64,000 bases of DNA from Candidatus Culexmicrobium cathedralense (GCA_025061115.1 JANZKC010000003.1:199170-263169); one strand, 5' to 3'; counted from the first letter of the stretch, positions 48,745 to 59,734 are shown. The notes: generated by a model not told the origin, from the sequence alone. Translations and numbers: made by a program.

Positions 48745-48939
48745 TTCTCCCAAATGCTGAGATAGGAGGAAGCGATCCCCGTGAGTACTTATACAACTAC
48801 AAGAAGTCTATTGAAAAACACTTCATACCAAGTGATACATCGATATGGAAGCTAGATAAGTTTGAGCAGTTTAAGGAAAGGAGAGTAAGGAAGATATACG
48901 AAGCCCTTAAAAGGCATTTTCCACTAGCCTTTAGCTAGG
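48745..48939 (+). pseudogene. C-terminal remnant of a GmrSD/DUF262-type restriction protein
   Basis: NAEIGRSDPREYL...EKHFIPSDTSIWKLDKFEQFKERR..I resembles the DUF262-protein C-terminus. Confidence 0.5.
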
Positions 48940-49029
48940 TAGCTCATATGAATAATTAAGGATTAAAGCGCTATAATATCGTTGTTTACAATCATTACAA
49001 CCAAACTAGGCATCACGGATAGGGAAATG

Positions 49030-49149
49030 AGATTGGGGCTGCCAAAAGCAACTTCATGGATACATGTAAATAAGTTAGCTAAGCTGGGTTATATAGAAAT
49101 TTTAAGAGAAGGAAAAAGCAACAAATTAATACTAAAGAAAAATATTTGA
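49030..49149 (+). pseudogene. wHTH C-terminal remnant
   Basis: LGLPKATSWIHVNKLAKLGYIEILREGKSNKLILK*. Confidence 0.5.
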
Positions 49150-49269
49150 AGTGATATTAAATTATTTAACCTCAAAATTGTTATGCAAAGTACTGTCGAA
49201 TACTAAAGGTTTATATTATTGTATTTTAAATAATGATTAGTTTAAGAAACGTTACATCGTGGTGAAATA

Positions 49270-49551
49270 TTGATAATTTTATACCACTTCAGGTGGCTTG
49301 GAAATCTAAATGAATTAGAAACTTACATTAAAAATATTAGAGATATCGCTGAGAGGATTTATGGCGCTAAAGTAGAAGATGTGCTAATTCCCCCTGATGG
49401 TTGGAACTTCGTTATCATTTATAAAGCAACCGATCTTGACAAGATAATTGAAATTCACAGAACATATCAAGCTGAGTATGGTCCATCTAAAGCGTTACTA
49501 TTTAAAATCGAGTTAATGTATACTCCGAGGGAGCTTGGAATGGTAAAATAA
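49270..49551 (+). CDS. Small hypothetical protein (possibly ferredoxin-like alpha/beta fold)
   Basis: GGTGA RBS; 93 aa. Confidence 0.6.
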   Translation: MIILYHFRWLGNLNELETYIKNIRDIAERIYGAKVEDVLIPPDGWNFVIIYKATDLDKIIEIHRTYQAEYGPSKALLFKIELMYTPRELGMVK

Positions 49552-49580
49552 ATGCATTGTATTTTCATGGTTTCAATGAT

Positions 49581-50171
49581 TTACAGGAAATATGACATGA
49601 TAAGTGGCGTGATGTAGGTTTCGATTATTGCTGCAGGAATTAGAAGTATTAGTGATACTTGCACAAATCTAAATGAACTCTTAAGTCCTGCTTTGATGCT
49701 ATGCGAACTCTGTCTAAATAGGGATAATATTTTTTGTATTATGGATAGTCCAAGCTCGGCGCCTGCAGCACCAGCTAATATTATTGCTGGGATTTCAAGT
49801 ATTCCATGTGGTAGTGTTGATGCTAATGCGAAAGTCAGTGAATATTTAACAGCTACAAATGTGGTCGTATATCCAATGATGTAGCCATTAAATCCCAATC
49901 CCCAAAGGGAGGGGATCATGAATATTGCTCCTAAGAGCCATATTGTGAAGACAGCTAATGCATTTTTAAGATAGATAAATATCACTGTCATTATGGTGTA
50001 TGGCTTAAAGAAGCGAGCTAACTCTCCTAAAAATCCTAATGATGAGCTTGGTGGAACTCCACTATTAACAAATTCTATAGATCCAATGAAAAAGCCAATC
50101 ACAAATGAAATGGTTGAAAGGAGTATGGCAATAATAGTTCTCTTTATGCTGCTCACGATACTAAACCCCAA
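49581..50171 (-). CDS. SpoIIM/DUF95-family membrane protein
   Basis: IYLKN, NG..IG, LPHGILEIPA and AAIIETYITP motifs. Confidence 0.9.
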   Translation of the reverse strand: MGFSIVSSIKRTIIAILLSTISFVIGFFIGSIEFVNSGVPPSSSLGFLGELARFFKPYTIMTVIFIYLKNALAVFTIWLLGAIFMIPSLWGLGFNGYIIGYTTTFVAVKYSLTFALASTLPHGILEIPAIILAGAAGAELGLSIIQKILSLFRQSSHSIKAGLKSSFRFVQVSLILLIPAAIIETYITPLIMSYFL

Positions 50172-50369
50172 ATTTTTCTCCTATTACAGAATTATTAACT
50201 TCAACTATATTAATCCATATTCTTTTCTAGCCGCTTGATCTTCCGGACCGTCAATTTGAATAGGTGGAAGGGAAAAATATTCATGATTTGAATTGTTGGA
50301 GGAATATTTGTGAAAAATGTTCGTTTCCATTATTATGACCAAGATCTACCGGAATACTTCTAAAGTTTT

Positions 50370-50995
50370 GTGAGAATAAGGGTGTCATATGAAGATGATA
50401 AAGGTGTATTGGTGGCATTGCCATCAGGTAGGGATATTAAGGTAATATATGAAGTCGAGGCTGGAGGCGTCCTAAGAAAGACCTTGTGGGGAGCTTTAAC
50501 TGGTGGAGGATTGGCCTCAATAGCTAGTAGCCTACTTGGTCGAGATAAAAATACCGTAACAAATGCTCTAGCAGGTGCAACGGCTGGAGGGGCTTATGGG
50601 TTTATAGATGAGTTTAACACCGAAACATATGATGAAACTGCATTTTCTAAGTTATTGGCACATGCAATAAAAAGTGTAGAAGAAGAACTTAGAGAAATTA
50701 AAATTGGAAGGGGGAATCGAATTAACAAGAGAGGAAGTTAGGGAAATTAAACGAAACTTGAAGAGGTTTATACTGAAGCCGTTGTAGTTGGGGATGAAAT
50801 AGAAATATTGGTGGGTGAGAGAAAAACGTGTCTAAAGCTAGGAGGAGATATGAAAGGGCTATGAATCTTTAGGTGAGTCTAAAGAAGAGTTATCAAAAGG
50901 TAGGAAATTATTGGTACAAGGCTAAAATTAAATCAGCAAGTAGAATGATCGAAATGGCAAAGGAGATTTTATCTGAAATTGAATCTACACAATAA
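50370..50995 (+). pseudogene. Degraded hypothetical gene
   Basis: A glycine-zipper-like ORF continues as broken frames to about 50995. Confidence 0.45.
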
Positions 50996-51027
50996 AATGC
51001 CTGCAAAATAATTTAAAGAAAATCACT

Positions 51028-52632
51028 TCACTTTTTATAATCACTTTTACGCAGTACTCTGCCTGGAAGTTTGCCAGTATGTTTCCCTCGATTTACAACT
51101 ACTTCTCCGTTTACAATTACGTATTCAATTCCGACGGGAAATTGATGTGGATCTGTAAATGTTGCTTTATCAGTTATTTCGTCTGGATCGAATATGACTA
51201 TGTCAGCCCAAGCGCCCTCTCTAATGATGCCTCTATCCCTAAAGCCCAATCTCCATGCTGGTAGATACGTCATTTTTCTAATAGCCATTTCTAAGCTGAT
51301 TATACCTTTTTCACGGACATATCTGCCTAATACTCTTGGGAAGGTTCCATAGTATCGCGGGTGAGGCTTGCCTTTACCTAGAGCTCCTGTTGGACTTACA
51401 GCTCTGCCATCCGATCCAACCATTACCCAGGGTATTTTCATTACAGTCTCAACATCCTCTTCGCACATTCCGAATGACACCATTCTCACTAGGGTCTCTT
51501 CTTCAAGCAGTAAGTCTAGAACTGCATCTACAGGCGATTTACCTAGTAATTTCGCGATTTCTGATATGCTTTTGCCTTCAAACTCCGTGTGCTTATCTGC
51601 TTGGCTTATTACTACTCTATCCCAATAGTCTTCGCCTCTTAAGCTGTATGTCTCAATCATTTCCTCGCGTATTTTGCTTCTGATATTCTGATCCTTTAAT
51701 CTCTCTATGATCTTCTCAGCTCCACCTTCTCTAGCCCATTTTGGTAGTAGAGCTACTAATCCTGTGCTTGAAGCAATGTATGGGTACTGGTCAGCAGTCA
51801 CATCTGTACCTTTCCTTCTTGCTTCGATAATCATTTTAATTGCGTCTTTCACTTTTCCCCAATTTCTCTTTCCAGAAGCCTTAAAGTGGCTTATTTCAAC
51901 TGGAATTGAAGCTTCCCTACCAATTCTAATTGCTTCTTTAACTGCTTCAAGCAATGTGTCTCCTTCTCCTCTAATGTGGCTAGCATAAATGCCATTGTAC
52001 TCAGCAGCCACTTTAGCCAGCTCAATTATCTCTTCGGTTTTTGCATAGCAGCCAGGCGTATATATTAATCCTGTACTTAATCCGACTGCTCCATCCTCCA
52101 TTGCTTTAGCTACTAGCTCTTTCATCTCTTCAAGCTCACTTGAAGTTGGCTCCCTATCATCGAAACCCATAACGCAAGTTCTAACGGTTCCGTGACCAAC
52201 ATATGATGCGATATTGACTGCTATTCCATTAGCTTCAAGCCTTTTGAAGTACTCGTCCATAGTTTCCCAGTCTAAAATTAATTCTTCACCTAGCATTGGC
52301 TTCAAGTACTTTTCGCGATAATCTCGAAGGAAATCGTTCATGGGCGCTGCTGATGAGCCGCAATTACCTACAACTTCAGTTGTCACTCCCTGCATTATTT
52401 TACTCATAGCTCTCGGATCAACAAGAACTGTGAAGTCAGAGTGACTGTGAATGTCGATGAAGCCCGGTGAAACGATTAGTCCTTCAGCGTCAATTACAAC
52501 TTTAGCGTCGAAACTCTTTGCTTTACCAATGAACTCGATTTTGCCATTGTTTATGCCTATGTCAGCCCAAAACCAAGGATTTCCAGTTCCATCAAGTACC
52601 TTGCCATTAGTTATGAGCACATCAAACTCCAA
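51028..52632 (-). CDS. N-acyl-D-amino-acid deacylase
   Basis: PGFIDIHSHSD, GVTTEVVGNCG, HIRGE and PHPRYYGTFPR motifs. Confidence 0.93.
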   Translation of the reverse strand: MEFDVLITNGKVLDGTGNPWFWADIGINNGKIEFIGKAKSFDAKVVIDAEGLIVSPGFIDIHSHSDFTVLVDPRAMSKIMQGVTTEVVGNCGSSAAPMNDFLRDYREKYLKPMLGEELILDWETMDEYFKRLEANGIAVNIASYVGHGTVRTCVMGFDDREPTSSELEEMKELVAKAMEDGAVGLSTGLIYTPGCYAKTEEIIELAKVAAEYNGIYASHIRGEGDTLLEAVKEAIRIGREASIPVEISHFKASGKRNWGKVKDAIKMIIEARRKGTDVTADQYPYIASSTGLVALLPKWAREGGAEKIIERLKDQNIRSKIREEMIETYSLRGEDYWDRVVISQADKHTEFEGKSISEIAKLLGKSPVDAVLDLLLEEETLVRMVSFGMCEEDVETVMKIPWVMVGSDGRAVSPTGALGKGKPHPRYYGTFPRVLGRYVREKGIISLEMAIRKMTYLPAWRLGFRDRGIIREGAWADIVIFDPDEITDKATFTDPHQFPVGIEYVIVNGEVVVNRGKHTGKLPGRVLRKSDYKK

Positions 52633-52694
52633 TTTTGAGCCCCCACATAGCTATGGCTTGTGAAAAATAAATGATTACCATGATTGTGGAGACG

Positions 52695-53909
52695 TTATTG
52701 ATTGGCGGGAATGCCTTTTGCTAAGAACTGGTATGCTAGTGAAGCGTAAATGGCGGAGCCAATGTATAGCACTTCTTCATCAACGTTGAATTTAGGATTG
52801 TGATGAGGCTTATCCGTTCCTTTCACCGGGTTTCCGGTGCCAAGCTCTAGGAATGCTCCTGGAACTTGCTCTAAGTAGTATGCGAAGTCTTCTCCACCCA
52901 TGCTTGGCTTGGGTTCAATCACTTTTTCTGAACCCACTAATTCGATCGCAGTTTCTCTAGCAAGTTTAGTTGCTTCAGGATGATTTATAGTTGGAGGAAC
53001 ACCATCAATCAAGTCGACTTTGCATTTTGCTCCAAGGGCAATGCAGGTGTTTTCCGCAATTTCTTTAATTCTCTTCTTAATGAGGTCCCTAACTTCAAAT
53101 GTCAACGCTCTATATGTTCCAATTAATTTTGCACTTGGCGGTATAACGTTATAGGTTGTTCCTGAATGTACTGAGCATATGCTTACAACTCCCGACTCTA
53201 TTGGATCCAAGTTCCTGCTAATGACTGTTTGAAGATTTAATATTATGCTTGCAGCCGCAACTATAGGGTCGACAGTTAAGTGCGGCGATGCACCGTGACC
53301 TCCAGCGCCTTCAACCTCAATTTCGATTCTGCCTGTAGCCGCTAAAATTGGGCCTTCCCTAACGCCAATAATGCCTGATTGCAAGATGCTCCACACGTGT
53401 ATGCCAAATATTGCATCTACATCCGGGTCTTTTAAAACGCCCTCATCCACCATGCGTTTAGCTCCGCCAACTCCCTCCTCAGCAGGCTGAAATATGAGCT
53501 TGACACAGCCATTCAAATTATCCTTAATTTCGGAGAGAATTCTGGCAGCGCCAAGAAGCATGGCTGTATGCGCATCATGACCGCATGCATGCATAACGCC
53601 AGGAACCCTCGATCTATATGGAACATCATTTTCCTCTTGAATTGGCAGTGCATCCATATCAGCTCTCAAAGCAACAGTTCTCTCATCACTTGAACCTCTA
53701 AGCAATCCCACAACGCCTGTCTCAGCAATGCCCGTTGTAACTTCAAATCCCCAATCGCGCAGTTTTTCAGCAACTATTCTTGAGGTTCTCTTCTCCTGAA
53801 AGCCTAGCTCAGGATACATGTGAAAATCTCTTCTCCACGCAATAATTTCATCTTCAATTTCCTTTGACCGCTTCAAAATTGATTTCAACATGCTCACCAA
53901 AATCACCAT
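52695..53909 (-). CDS. M20D amidohydrolase/carboxypeptidase
   Basis: RRDFHMYPELGFQE, LRADMDAL, MHACGHD, FQPAEE and GGEDF motifs. Confidence 0.93.
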   Translation of the reverse strand: MVILVSMLKSILKRSKEIEDEIIAWRRDFHMYPELGFQEKRTSRIVAEKLRDWGFEVTTGIAETGVVGLLRGSSDERTVALRADMDALPIQEENDVPYRSRVPGVMHACGHDAHTAMLLGAARILSEIKDNLNGCVKLIFQPAEEGVGGAKRMVDEGVLKDPDVDAIFGIHVWSILQSGIIGVREGPILAATGRIEIEVEGAGGHGASPHLTVDPIVAAASIILNLQTVISRNLDPIESGVVSICSVHSGTTYNVIPPSAKLIGTYRALTFEVRDLIKKRIKEIAENTCIALGAKCKVDLIDGVPPTINHPEATKLARETAIELVGSEKVIEPKPSMGGEDFAYYLEQVPGAFLELGTGNPVKGTDKPHHNPKFNVDEEVLYIGSAIYASLAYQFLAKGIPANQ

Positions 53910-53982
53910 AATAATTTAAGTGAGGAACAAGCTAAAACTTTTTGCACTATGAATTATGATGAATTAAGTGGAGTGAAGTTAA

Positions 53983-54648
53983 TTGAGCAATTTAACTGAA
54001 ATTATTGATAAAGTTAAAGTTCAAGTAGAAAGAATTTATGAGGAGAATTGGGGTAAATACCCGACATCCCACGACATGCTCCACATATTAAGAGTTTGTA
54101 ATTTGGCGATGATAATAGCATTAAACGAAAATATAGGTGAAAGGGAATTACACCTACTTAAGCTAGCATGCCTACTCCACGACATAGCTTTGCCGATGAA
54201 GGGATGCAAGCAGGATCATGCAAGTGAATCCGCTAAAATAGCTAAAAAACTACTTGAAAATTACAAGCTTAATTCTAATGAAATTGAATTAATATGCAAC
54301 GCAATAAGGGAGCACAGTTGGACTAGCAAAAAGAGGCCATCCACAATCATCTCTGCAATTCTTCAAGATGCAGACCGACTTGACGCTTTAGGAGTAGTGG
54401 GCTTCGCAAGAATGATATGTTACGGAGAGTACATGAAGAGAAAGTTGCACCACCCACTGGAAGTAATGCCTAAAAAGAGAAGAGTGGATGATGAAGCGTA
54501 CACCTTAGACCACGTATTCGCCAAACTAGTAAAGTTACCTAAATCAATGAACACTAAAACCGGAAGAAAAATCGCGAATAAGCGCTTGAAAAAACTATTA
54601 AGCCTAATTGAGGATTTCGAAAGCGAAATTACAAGCTGTTCCACCTAA
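53983..54648 (+). CDS. HD-domain phosphohydrolase
   Basis: HD..H..RV, LLHDI and LQDADRLDALG motifs. Confidence 0.9.
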   Translation: MSNLTEIIDKVKVQVERIYEENWGKYPTSHDMLHILRVCNLAMIIALNENIGERELHLLKLACLLHDIALPMKGCKQDHASESAKIAKKLLENYKLNSNEIELICNAIREHSWTSKKRPSTIISAILQDADRLDALGVVGFARMICYGEYMKRKLHHPLEVMPKKRRVDDEAYTLDHVFAKLVKLPKSMNTKTGRKIANKRLKKLLSLIEDFESEITSCST

Positions 54649-54655
54649 TTAAATT

Positions 54656-55582
54656 CTATATTTTGTGTAAGCCTACGCTGCCCAATATTAATTTAATTTT
54701 CCTTTCTACATCTGGAGGTTCCAGATCAAGTGGAGGCCTAACGTAAGGCTTAACTGGTGCGCCTACCACCTTCAAAGCTGTTTTCACTGCAGTAGGAAAT
54801 GTGGATGCAACGTCATAAATTTCAGCTAGCCTCACCAATTTCTCAAAAGTATTAACGGCTCCCATCAAGTCGCCGTTCTTCCAACATCTATAAACTTCAA
54901 CGTGAATTTGAGGAGCAACATTTGCTAGAGCCATTATCCCCCCATCGCCACCCATTATTAGAGTATTAAGAAAGTGGTCGTCCAAGCCCGTTAGAATGGA
55001 GAAATCTTTCCTAACGCTCTTAACTTCATGTATAAGCCTTCTCATGTAGCTTATGCTGTCAAAGGTTATTTTAGCTCCAACAATATTGCTAAACTCATTA
55101 GCAAGATCCACATAAAGGCTCACTGGAATGTTAATTCCAGTTGCTGAGGGAATGTTATAGATTATCAATGGCAAATCAACCTTTTGAGCTACCATTGAAA
55201 AGTGGCGTTTTAGCTTCATATTGTCGATCTTGAAGAAAAACGGCGGAGTAATGATGGCTCCATCTACTCCTAGATCTGCAACTTCCCTCCCAAATTCAAT
55301 GGAATGCTCAGTGCAATTACTGCTAATACCAGGCAAAACCCATACTCGCCCGCTGATTTCATCCATAACGGCTTTGACTAGATTTAAGCCTTCCTCCTGC
55401 TTGAGGTGAACGAACTCTCCAGTAGTTGAATATGGAAAAATCCCATTAACGCCGCGTTCAGCCAAATAATTAACCAGCCACTTACAAGCCTCGAAATCTA
55501 TTGATAAATCCTCATTGAAGGGAGTTATTAAGGGCACTATCACTCCATGAAACTTTGAAAACACCAAATCAAGCCCCCGCAA
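54656..55582 (-). CDS. DHDPS/NAL-family aldolase (KDG-aldolase-like)
   Basis: STTGEF, YNIP, Schiff-base K in GAKIT. Confidence 0.88.
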   Translation of the reverse strand: MRGLDLVFSKFHGVIVPLITPFNEDLSIDFEACKWLVNYLAERGVNGIFPYSTTGEFVHLKQEEGLNLVKAVMDEISGRVWVLPGISSNCTEHSIEFGREVADLGVDGAIITPPFFFKIDNMKLKRHFSMVAQKVDLPLIIYNIPSATGINIPVSLYVDLANEFSNIVGAKITFDSISYMRRLIHEVKSVRKDFSILTGLDDHFLNTLIMGGDGGIMALANVAPQIHVEVYRCWKNGDLMGAVNTFEKLVRLAEIYDVASTFPTAVKTALKVVGAPVKPYVRPPLDLEPPDVERKIKLILGSVGLHKI

Positions 55583-55830
55583 AATAATATGCTAAATCAC
55601 CTTAAAAGTCAATTTCACGCATATTGCTACACAAATAAATGCAATGAAAGCAAGTAGCAGGGATTTGAAAGCAATCATTAATTCAAATTTCAGATATTCT
55701 TGCAACCATAGTTAAAGTAAATCTAGTAATTCGATTTAAAATGTAATGCTATTTTCAGCTTAACACTTAAACATAAAGTTAAAGATGAGATCGAGCATAA
55801 ACTCAAATTGCAAATGGAGGGAGTATTGAA

Positions 55831-57252
55831 TTGGTTAAGGAAACTGCCTTTGAATGGATCGAGAAAAATGAGGGTCGAATTATTGAGATTAGTGATAAAA
55901 TTTGGGAATTCGCAGAGCTAGGATTAAAGGAATTTAAATCATCTGCCCTGCTTGCAAGTGAACTTGAAAGGCACGGCTTTAAGGTTGAGCGTGGAGTTGC
56001 TGGTATGCCAACAGCTTTTGTAGCTACTTGGGGTGAAGGGAAACCAGTAATAGGAATAATGGGAGAATACGACGCACTACCAGGACTATCACAAAAACCC
56101 ATACCAAGAAAGGAGCCATTAGTGGAGGGAGCTCCAGGTCATGGTTGTGGCCACAATATTCATGGTGCATCTGGAATGGCCGCTGCAATAGCCGTTAAAA
56201 TAGCTATGGAGAAGCATGGATTGAAGGGAACGATAAAGTTCTTCGGATGCCCAGCAGAGGAAAACTTTAGTGGAAAAGTCTTCATGGTTAGAGATGGAGT
56301 TTTTGATGGGGTAGATGCAGTTATAAGCCATCATCCAGGAACAATGAATGCAGCTACATTAAAAAGCAGCTTAGCAAATTACTCTGTAAAATTCCACTTC
56401 TACGGAGTTTCTTCGCATGCAGCAGGAGCTCCAGAGGCAGGTAGAAGTGCGCTTGACGCTGTTGAGCTCATGAATATAGGAGTAAACTACCTTCGAGAAC
56501 ACGTCATTCAGGAAGCAAGAATCCATTACGTAATCGAGAAGGGCGGAACCCAGCCAAACATAGTTCCAGACTACGCTCGCTCATGGTACTTGATTAGAGC
56601 GCCGGAAAGGGAGCAGGTTGAAGAAATTTATCAGCGAATTCTGGACATAGCTAAGGGAGCTGCATTAATGACTGGAACCAGACATAAAGTTGAATTTATC
56701 AAGGGCGTCTCTAACAAAATTCCAAATAGAGTAATATGCGATTTAATAGTCAAGAATATGCGGGAAATAGGTTCACCAAAATATACTGAAGAAGATTTGG
56801 AATTTGCACGTGAAATAGCGAAAACAATTCCAAAAGAGCAAAAAATAAGGCAATTGCAAAAATCTGGAAGAACTGACTGGGAAAAACTTGTTGATAAACT
56901 ATTGGATGACGAGTTTCCAGACCCATGGGGGGATGGTAAGGTAAGCTACGGCTCAACCGACGTATCAGATGTAAGTTGGATCGCGCCAACAGTAGAATTC
57001 AGCACAGCAACATGGGTTTTAGGCACGGCTGCACATACATGGCAAGCTGTTGCCCAATCAGCGTCAGGCTTAGGGCACAAATCCCTCATCTTCGCAGCCA
57101 AAGTAATGGCTGCAACTGCATTAGATCTGCTAACTAAGCCAGAGATACTTCAAGCAGCTAAGGAGGAGCACAAGAGGAGGCTTAGAGGTCGAAGGTATAA
57201 GCCGCCAATTCCACCAGATTTAAAACCGCCATTAGACATATGGGAAAGGTAA
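55831..57252 (+). CDS. AbgB-like M20 amidohydrolase
   Basis: GEYDALPGLSQ, GHGCGHN, GCPAEE, GRSALDAVELMN and GSTDVSDVSW motifs. Confidence 0.92.
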   Translation: MVKETAFEWIEKNEGRIIEISDKIWEFAELGLKEFKSSALLASELERHGFKVERGVAGMPTAFVATWGEGKPVIGIMGEYDALPGLSQKPIPRKEPLVEGAPGHGCGHNIHGASGMAAAIAVKIAMEKHGLKGTIKFFGCPAEENFSGKVFMVRDGVFDGVDAVISHHPGTMNAATLKSSLANYSVKFHFYGVSSHAAGAPEAGRSALDAVELMNIGVNYLREHVIQEARIHYVIEKGGTQPNIVPDYARSWYLIRAPEREQVEEIYQRILDIAKGAALMTGTRHKVEFIKGVSNKIPNRVICDLIVKNMREIGSPKYTEEDLEFAREIAKTIPKEQKIRQLQKSGRTDWEKLVDKLLDDEFPDPWGDGKVSYGSTDVSDVSWIAPTVEFSTATWVLGTAAHTWQAVAQSASGLGHKSLIFAAKVMAATALDLLTKPEILQAAKEEHKRRLRGRRYKPPIPPDLKPPLDIWER

Positions 57253-57444
57253 ACAGCTTAAATCTTCAACATCACCATAATCTTTTATTTATAAATGAAA
57301 GTAATGAAAATTTGGATATTACAAGTTTCATTATCGATTAATGCTAAAATATTTTGGTTTACTTTTCGAAATTACTGCTTACAGCATGCGCTTATAAAAT
57401 TACATAATCATAACGCTTATCTAATATGATTTAATCTAACTTAT

Positions 57445-58368
57445 TTGCAAGCTAGGGGTGATTCGATGGTAAAGCTAAGCGGCATATTTGTACCTCACGT
57501 CACGCCATTTAAGAAGGATGGGTCCATAGACTTTGAGTCTCTAAAGACATGCATAAAATACTGGATTGAAAGTGGATTAAGTGGACTTGTAACGCTTGGA
57601 AGCAATGGTGAATTTCCATATCTAATGCGAGAAGAGAAGATCGAGCTTATTCAATTTGTCGTAGAGCAAGTTGATGGTAAAGTTCCAGTAATAGCGGGAA
57701 CTGGAGAACCAAGTACCTTTGAGACTATTAAGCTTTCAAAGGAAGTTGAAGATCTAGGCGTAGATGCATTATTAATAGTTCAACCCTACTACTATAAACC
57801 TTCAAATGAAGAGCTAATTGCCCATTACAGCGAAATTCTAAACTCAATCGACGTACCAGTCATACTTTACAACATGCCCAAATTCACTGGATACAATATG
57901 GGCGTTGAAGTTGTTGAAAAACTGGTAAATGAATATAGCAATATTATTGGAATTAAAGATAGCTCTGGAAATATACATCAAATGATCGAACTAATAAGAA
58001 CAGTTGGAGATAAAATTTCGATTTTAGCTGGAAATGCAGATTTAATACTTACAACATTAATGTTTGGAGGTAAAGGTGCAATAGTGGCCATAGCTAACTT
58101 CATGCCGGAAATAGCAGTAAACTTATTCACTGCCTTCAAGCAAGGAAATCATGAAGAAGCCAAACGCATGCAATTAATTATTAATAGGGCAACCTCAATC
58201 CTAAATAAATACAATCAAATAGCAGCTGTAAAAGCATTAATAAACTTGAGAGGGCTTCCCGGCGGAGTTCCAAGAAAACCAATACTTCCACTAAAAGGTG
58301 AAGAAATTAAAATCCTTCGGAAATTCCTAGAAGAACTCTATGAATCCAACTTAATAGTGATGCCATAG
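57445..58368 (+). CDS. DHDPS-family aldolase, HOGA-like
   Basis: GSNGE instead of GTTGE; YNMP; GIKDSSG; probable start MVKLSG. Confidence 0.85.
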   Translation: MQARGDSMVKLSGIFVPHVTPFKKDGSIDFESLKTCIKYWIESGLSGLVTLGSNGEFPYLMREEKIELIQFVVEQVDGKVPVIAGTGEPSTFETIKLSKEVEDLGVDALLIVQPYYYKPSNEELIAHYSEILNSIDVPVILYNMPKFTGYNMGVEVVEKLVNEYSNIIGIKDSSGNIHQMIELIRTVGDKISILAGNADLILTTLMFGGKGAIVAIANFMPEIAVNLFTAFKQGNHEEAKRMQLIINRATSILNKYNQIAAVKALINLRGLPGGVPRKPILPLKGEEIKILRKFLEELYESNLIVMP

Positions 58369-58619
58369 CCCTCCAAAAACTGTGATTTTTTCATGCAAAC
58401 TAGACAGCGCCTTAAAATCCACTTTCTATCCTTAAGGTTTGAAAGAAAGTACTTTTCAGCCTCATCTATCGAGTTAAATTGCAGCCAGCCGCCATGAAGT
58501 TTTAATCTTCCCACACCTATAAATTTGGTTTCCTTCAAATTTTTAATAAATGGACAATCATCTGTGTGAAGAGTGCAAATCTTAGTTTGAAAATTTACGT
58601 TAAGCCAATATTTTCGCAT
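58338..58619 (-). CDS. Small Cys/His hypothetical protein
   Basis: H...C and CLVC possible Zn ligands. Confidence 0.55.
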   Translation of the reverse strand: MRKYWLNVNFQTKICTLHTDDCPFIKNLKETKFIGVGRLKLHGGWLQFNSIDEAEKYFLSNLKDRKWILRRCLVCMKKSQFLEGYGITIKLDS

Positions 58620-58746
58620 ACAATTTATTTTAACTGCGCAGAATATATAAAAAATTTAAGGAAAAGTAATATGAAAATTGTAAATTAAAGCTTGATGTAA
58701 AACTATACTTTTAATATTTCAATTAACCATTAACATATATTTTGAG

Positions 58747-59550
58747 GTGGATAAAATGCATAATAAAGTTTTGCTTCAAGAAATGACTTGGGAGGAAGTT
58801 GAGGAAGCAATTACTAGAAGTGGAGGAGTCATTTTAATTCCAATTGGAAGTATCGAGCAGCATGCTAGGCATTTGCCCGAGGGAACTGATACATATTGCG
58901 CAATTGGCGTTGCAGTTGAAGCCGCCAAGGAGACTGGGGCTGTTGTAGCTCCACCTTTATGGTATGGATGGAGCCCACAACACATGGCATATCCTGGTAC
59001 GGTTAGCGTTAAACCTCAGATTTTAATCGACTTAATAGTTGAAATATGCAAGTCACTCTCAAAGCATGGCTTCAATAAGATAATACTCGTTAATGGGCAT
59101 AGAATAAGCAACAATCCATGGATACAATTAGCAGCTGCAATAGCTAGTGAAGAAAGCAAAGCAAAGGTCGTTCCAGTAGATATAGCTTACATTGCTAGAC
59201 AAGCATATGATGAATTGGGATTCGGCCCATTAGGTCATGGAGATGAAGCCGAGACATCCCACATGCTTCACTTACATCCAGAGCTAGTTTACATGGAAAA
59301 AGCGTTTGACAAGTATGTAGCGAAGCAGGAGCTATACAATCCAGATCCAAGATCAACTGAAGATACTGTACTTTACACTCCAAGTCCACCTGAAGTAAAT
59401 CTTGCTAGGAAAGACGTAACTGGAGGTGGAAGTGGAAATCCAAAAGTGGCATCCAAGAAGAAAGGAGAAAAACTACACAAATACACTGTAGCTAAATTGA
59501 TAAGGCTAATTGAAGTTTTGAAGAAAAGAGAGAGTCGACTGGAACTTTAA
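58747..59550 (+). CDS. Creatininase-family amidohydrolase
   Basis: GSIEQH..HLP.GTD, NGH and GHG...ETS motifs. Confidence 0.92.
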   Translation: MDKMHNKVLLQEMTWEEVEEAITRSGGVILIPIGSIEQHARHLPEGTDTYCAIGVAVEAAKETGAVVAPPLWYGWSPQHMAYPGTVSVKPQILIDLIVEICKSLSKHGFNKIILVNGHRISNNPWIQLAAAIASEESKAKVVPVDIAYIARQAYDELGFGPLGHGDEAETSHMLHLHPELVYMEKAFDKYVAKQELYNPDPRSTEDTVLYTPSPPEVNLARKDVTGGGSGNPKVASKKKGEKLHKYTVAKLIRLIEVLKKRESRLEL

Positions 59551-59567
59551 ACCAATTATAGAATTAA

Positions 59568-59714
59568 TGCCCCAAGCCAGTCTAAGCCTAGGTCTATTCA
59601 AGGAACCTATGAGCATCACCAGCATCCTTGCGGCCGCCTCACGACGGCCACTTAAACACTGGATATTCTCATAGGTTACTTAAATTGGCCTAAGCCTACT
59701 TCTGGCTTGGGGCA
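59568..59714 (-). ncRNA. Unannotated rod-shaped ncRNA candidate (about 146 nt)
   Basis: 13-bp perfect terminal stem, 10-bp perfect inner stem, G-U-compatible helices only on the minus strand, TTTAAATA TATA box 28 nt upstream. Confidence 0.65.
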
Positions 59715-59734
59715 ATTTAATAAGGTGACCGCCC

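Larger units (their letters stand above)
29600..49150. mobile_element. Decayed mosaic accessory island (boundaries approximate)
   Basis: TA modules near both ends, truncated tyrosine recombinase, many fused gene fragments and hypothetical surface proteins; no att repeats found. Confidence 0.6.

Noticed and set aside
29600-49150. Integron-like cassette array or Xer/dif-module array
   Set aside because: No convincing recurring attC- or dif-like site between genes; the shared ATTAATTATA words (about 31707, 42457, 44967) are expected in AT-rich DNA.
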